From Bugula neritina (lineage: Eukaryota > Animalia > Bryozoa): DNA of 64,000 bases. The stretch lies in contig OZ037771.1 of assembly GCA_964035545.1 (NCBI GenBank), positions 9,612,280 to 9,676,279 of the forward strand, read 5' to 3'. Shown here piece after piece: positions 61,301 through 64,000 of the stretch. The translations under genes and the position numbers were made by a program. The notes beneath the pieces are model-generated. The model was not told the origin of the DNA and made no database searches. It saw only the letters and a list, made by a program, of their open reading frames with translations. The stretch's first letter is position 1, and each line of letters opens with the position of its first letter.

Positions 61301-62610
61301 GGCACTAAAAGGTACTATTAGGATATTTGGCTCAATTTAGTACATTAGGGAATGTTTAGAAAATTGGGCACTGTTAAGCACACTAGTCCTACAATTAGCA
61401 CTATTGGGCATGTTTCAGAACCCCTGGGCACTTATTGGTACTATTAGCATATTCGGCTCAATTTAGTGCATTTGGGGATGTTTTAGCCCATTTGAGAATG
61501 TTTTAGCAGATTTGGGCACTGCTGAGCATACTAGTTCTACTATTAGCACTATTGGGCACGTTTCAGAACCTCTGGGCACTTATTGGTACTATTAGCATAT
61601 TTGGCTCAATTTAGTGCATTTGGGCATGTTTTTCCCCCATTTGGGAATGTTTTAGCAGATTTGGGCACTGTTAAGCACACTAGTTCTACTATCAGCACTA
61701 TTGGGCACATTTCGGAACCTCTGGGCACTTATTGGTACTATTACCATGTTTGGCTCAATTCAGTACATTTGGGCATGTTTTTGCCCAATTGGGCACTGTT
61801 GAGCACACATGTTCTAGTTTTAGCACTATTGGGCACGTTTCAGAACTTCTGGGCTTTTATTGGTACTATTAGCATATTTGGCTCAATTTAGTACATTTGG
61901 ACATGTTTTAGCCCATTTTGGAATGTTTTAGCACATTTGGGCACTGTTAAGGGCACTAGTCCTAATATTTGCACTATGTCGCACGTTTCAAATATTCTGC
62001 GCACTAATAAGTACTATTAGCACAATTAGCTCAATTTAGTACATTTGGGCATGTTTTACCCAATTTGGGAATGTTTTAGCAGATTCGGGCACTGTTAAGC
62101 ACACTAGTTCTACTATCAGCACTATTGGGCACATTTCAGAACCTCTGGGCACTTATTGGTACTATTACCATGTTTGGCTCAATTTAGTACATTTGGGCAT
62201 GTTTTTGCCCAATTGGGAACTGTTGAGCACACTTGTTCTGGTTTTGGCACCATTGGGTCCGTATCAGAACTTCTGGGCACTAAAAGGTACTATTAGGATA
62301 TTTGGCTCAATTTAGTACATTTGGGAATGTTTTAGCAGATTTGGGCACTGTTAAGCACATTAGTTCTACTATCAGCACTATTGGGCACATTTCAGAACCT
62401 CTGGGCACTTATTGGTACTATTACCATAATTGGCTCAATTTAGAATATTTGGGCATGTTTTAGCCCATTTGGGAATGTTTTAGCAGGTTTGGGCACTGTT
62501 AAGCACTCTAGTTCTACTATTAGCACTATTCTGCACGTTTCTGAACCTGTGGGCACTTATTGGTACTAATAGCATAGTTGGCTCAATTCAGTACATTTGG
62601 GCATGTACTA
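49321..62610 (+). repeat. Satellite DNA, 128/148-bp monomers built from ~20-bp subunits
   Basis: Period 128 bp (e.g. 49480 to 49608); variable extra copies of TTAGCACATTTGGGCATGTT. Confidence 0.95.
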
Positions 62611-62635
62611 GATTGAGCACATTTAGGCACTGAAA

Positions 62636-64000
62636 AGTGCCTAAATGTGCTAAAAAGTGCCTACTTGTGCCTAAATGTGCTAAAAGTGCCTAAAGGTGCT
62701 GAAAAATGCCCAAATGTGCTAAAAAGTGCCCAAATGTGCTAAAAAGTGCCTAATTGTGGTAAAAGCGCCTAAATGTGCAGAAAAATGCCTAAATGTGCTG
62801 AAAAATGCCTAAATGTGCTCAAAAAAACCTAAATGTGCCTAAATGTGCTAAAAGTGCCTAAATGTGCTAAAAAGTGGCTAAATGTGCTAAAAAGTGCCCA
62901 AATGTGCTAAAAAGTGCCTAAATGTGCCTAAATGTGCTGAAAGTGCCCAAATGTGCTGGAAAGTGCCTAAAAGTGCCTAAATGTGCTAAACAGTGCCTAA
63001 ATGTGCCTAAATGTGCTAAAAGTGCCTAAATATGCTGAAAAGTGCCCAAACGTGCTAAAAAGTGCCTGAATGTGCTAAAAAGTGCCCAAATGCGCTAAAA
63101 AGTGCCTTAATGTGCTAAAAGTGCCCAAATGTGCTGGAAAGTGCCTAAAGGGGCCTAAATGTGCTAAAAGTGTTCAAATGTGCTGGAAAGAGCCAAAAAG
63201 TGCCTAAATGTGCTAAACAGTGCTGAAATGTGCCTAAACGTGCTAAAAGTGCCTAAATGTGCTGAAAAGTGCCCAAATGTCCTAAAAAATGCCTAAATGT
63301 GCTAAAAGTGCCCAAATGTGCTCGAAAGTGCCTAAAAGTGCCTAAATGTGCTAAACAGTGCCTAAATGTGCTAAAAGCGCCCAAATGTGCTGAAAAGTGC
63401 CTAAATGTGCTAAAAAGTGCCCAAATGTGCTAAAAAGTGCCTAAATGTGCTAAAAGTGCCCAAATGTGCTGGAGAGTGCCTGAAAGTGCCTAACTGTGCT
63501 AAACAGTGCCTAAAAGTGCTAAAAGTGCCTAAATGTGCTGAAAAGTGCCTACATGTGCTAAAAAGTGGCTAAATGTGCTAAAAAGTGCCGAAATGTGCTG
63601 AAAAGTGCCCAAATGTGCCTAAATGTGCTAAAAGTGCCCAAATGTGCTAAAAAGTGCCCAAATGTGCCTAAATGTGGTAAAAGCGCTTAAATGTGCTGAA
63701 AAGTGGCTAAATGTGCTAAAAAGTGCCCAAATGCGCTAAAAAGTGCCTAAATGTGCTAAAAGTGCCCAAATGTGCTGGAAAGTGCCTAAAAGTGCCTAAA
63801 TGTGCTAAACAGTGCCTAAATGTGCTAAAAGTTCCCAAATGTGCTGGAAAGAGCCAAAAAGTGCCTAAATGTGCTAAACAGTGCCTAAATGTGCCTAAAT
63901 GTGCTAAAAGTGCCTAATTGTGCTGAGAAGTGCCCAAATGTGCTAAAAAGTGCCTAAATGTGCCTAAATGTGCTAAAGTGCCCAAATGTGCTGGAAAGTG
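62636..64000 (-). repeat. Simple 20/21-bp satellite (AAAAGTGCCTAAATGTGCT) in opposite orientation to the upstream array
   Basis: Reverse complement AGCACATTTAGGCACTTTT matches the subunit of the 128-bp satellite. Confidence 0.95.

Noticed and set aside
49321-64000. ORFs in the satellite (e.g. 53577-53807, 59712-60020, 63723-63917) and CRISPR-like periodicity
   Set aside because: Translations of tandem repeats; no unique spacers, no cas genes, eukaryotic context
62636-64000. Telomeric repeat (CCTAA within the unit)
   Set aside because: CCTAA is embedded in a 20/21-bp unit, not a tandem TTAGG/TTAGGG array

Overview
AT-rich eukaryotic (metazoan, probably invertebrate) genomic DNA that is almost entirely repeat. 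The only host gene is a minus-strand TRAPPC1/BET5: exons 1-3 are in the window, the last exon was not found, and a partial duplicate of exon 3 lies downstream. Its introns hold a long-TIR foldback element containing a solo LTR that itself contains a MITE, plus an R4/Dong-like RLE retrotransposon relic and a CR1/L2-type LINE 3' end. From 11 to 49 kb there are four related Ty3/Gypsy elements (G1-G4; tRNA-Leu PBS in G2-G4, 4-bp TSDs, -1 frameshift signal) and one large minus-strand BEL/Pao element carrying three nested insertions. From 49.3 kb to the end is satellite DNA with a fold-back orientation switch at about 62.63 kb. The most notable observation is an extra, non-env gene between pol and the 3' LTR of G1-G3. 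It encodes a C2H2+C2HC double zinc finger followed by a coiled coil. In G1 and G3 it is split by a conserved sense-strand GT-AG intron that joins a 25-nt ATG exon in frame, which suggests a complex-retrovirus-like spliced accessory gene. All calls come from manual reading; no searches or alignments were run.
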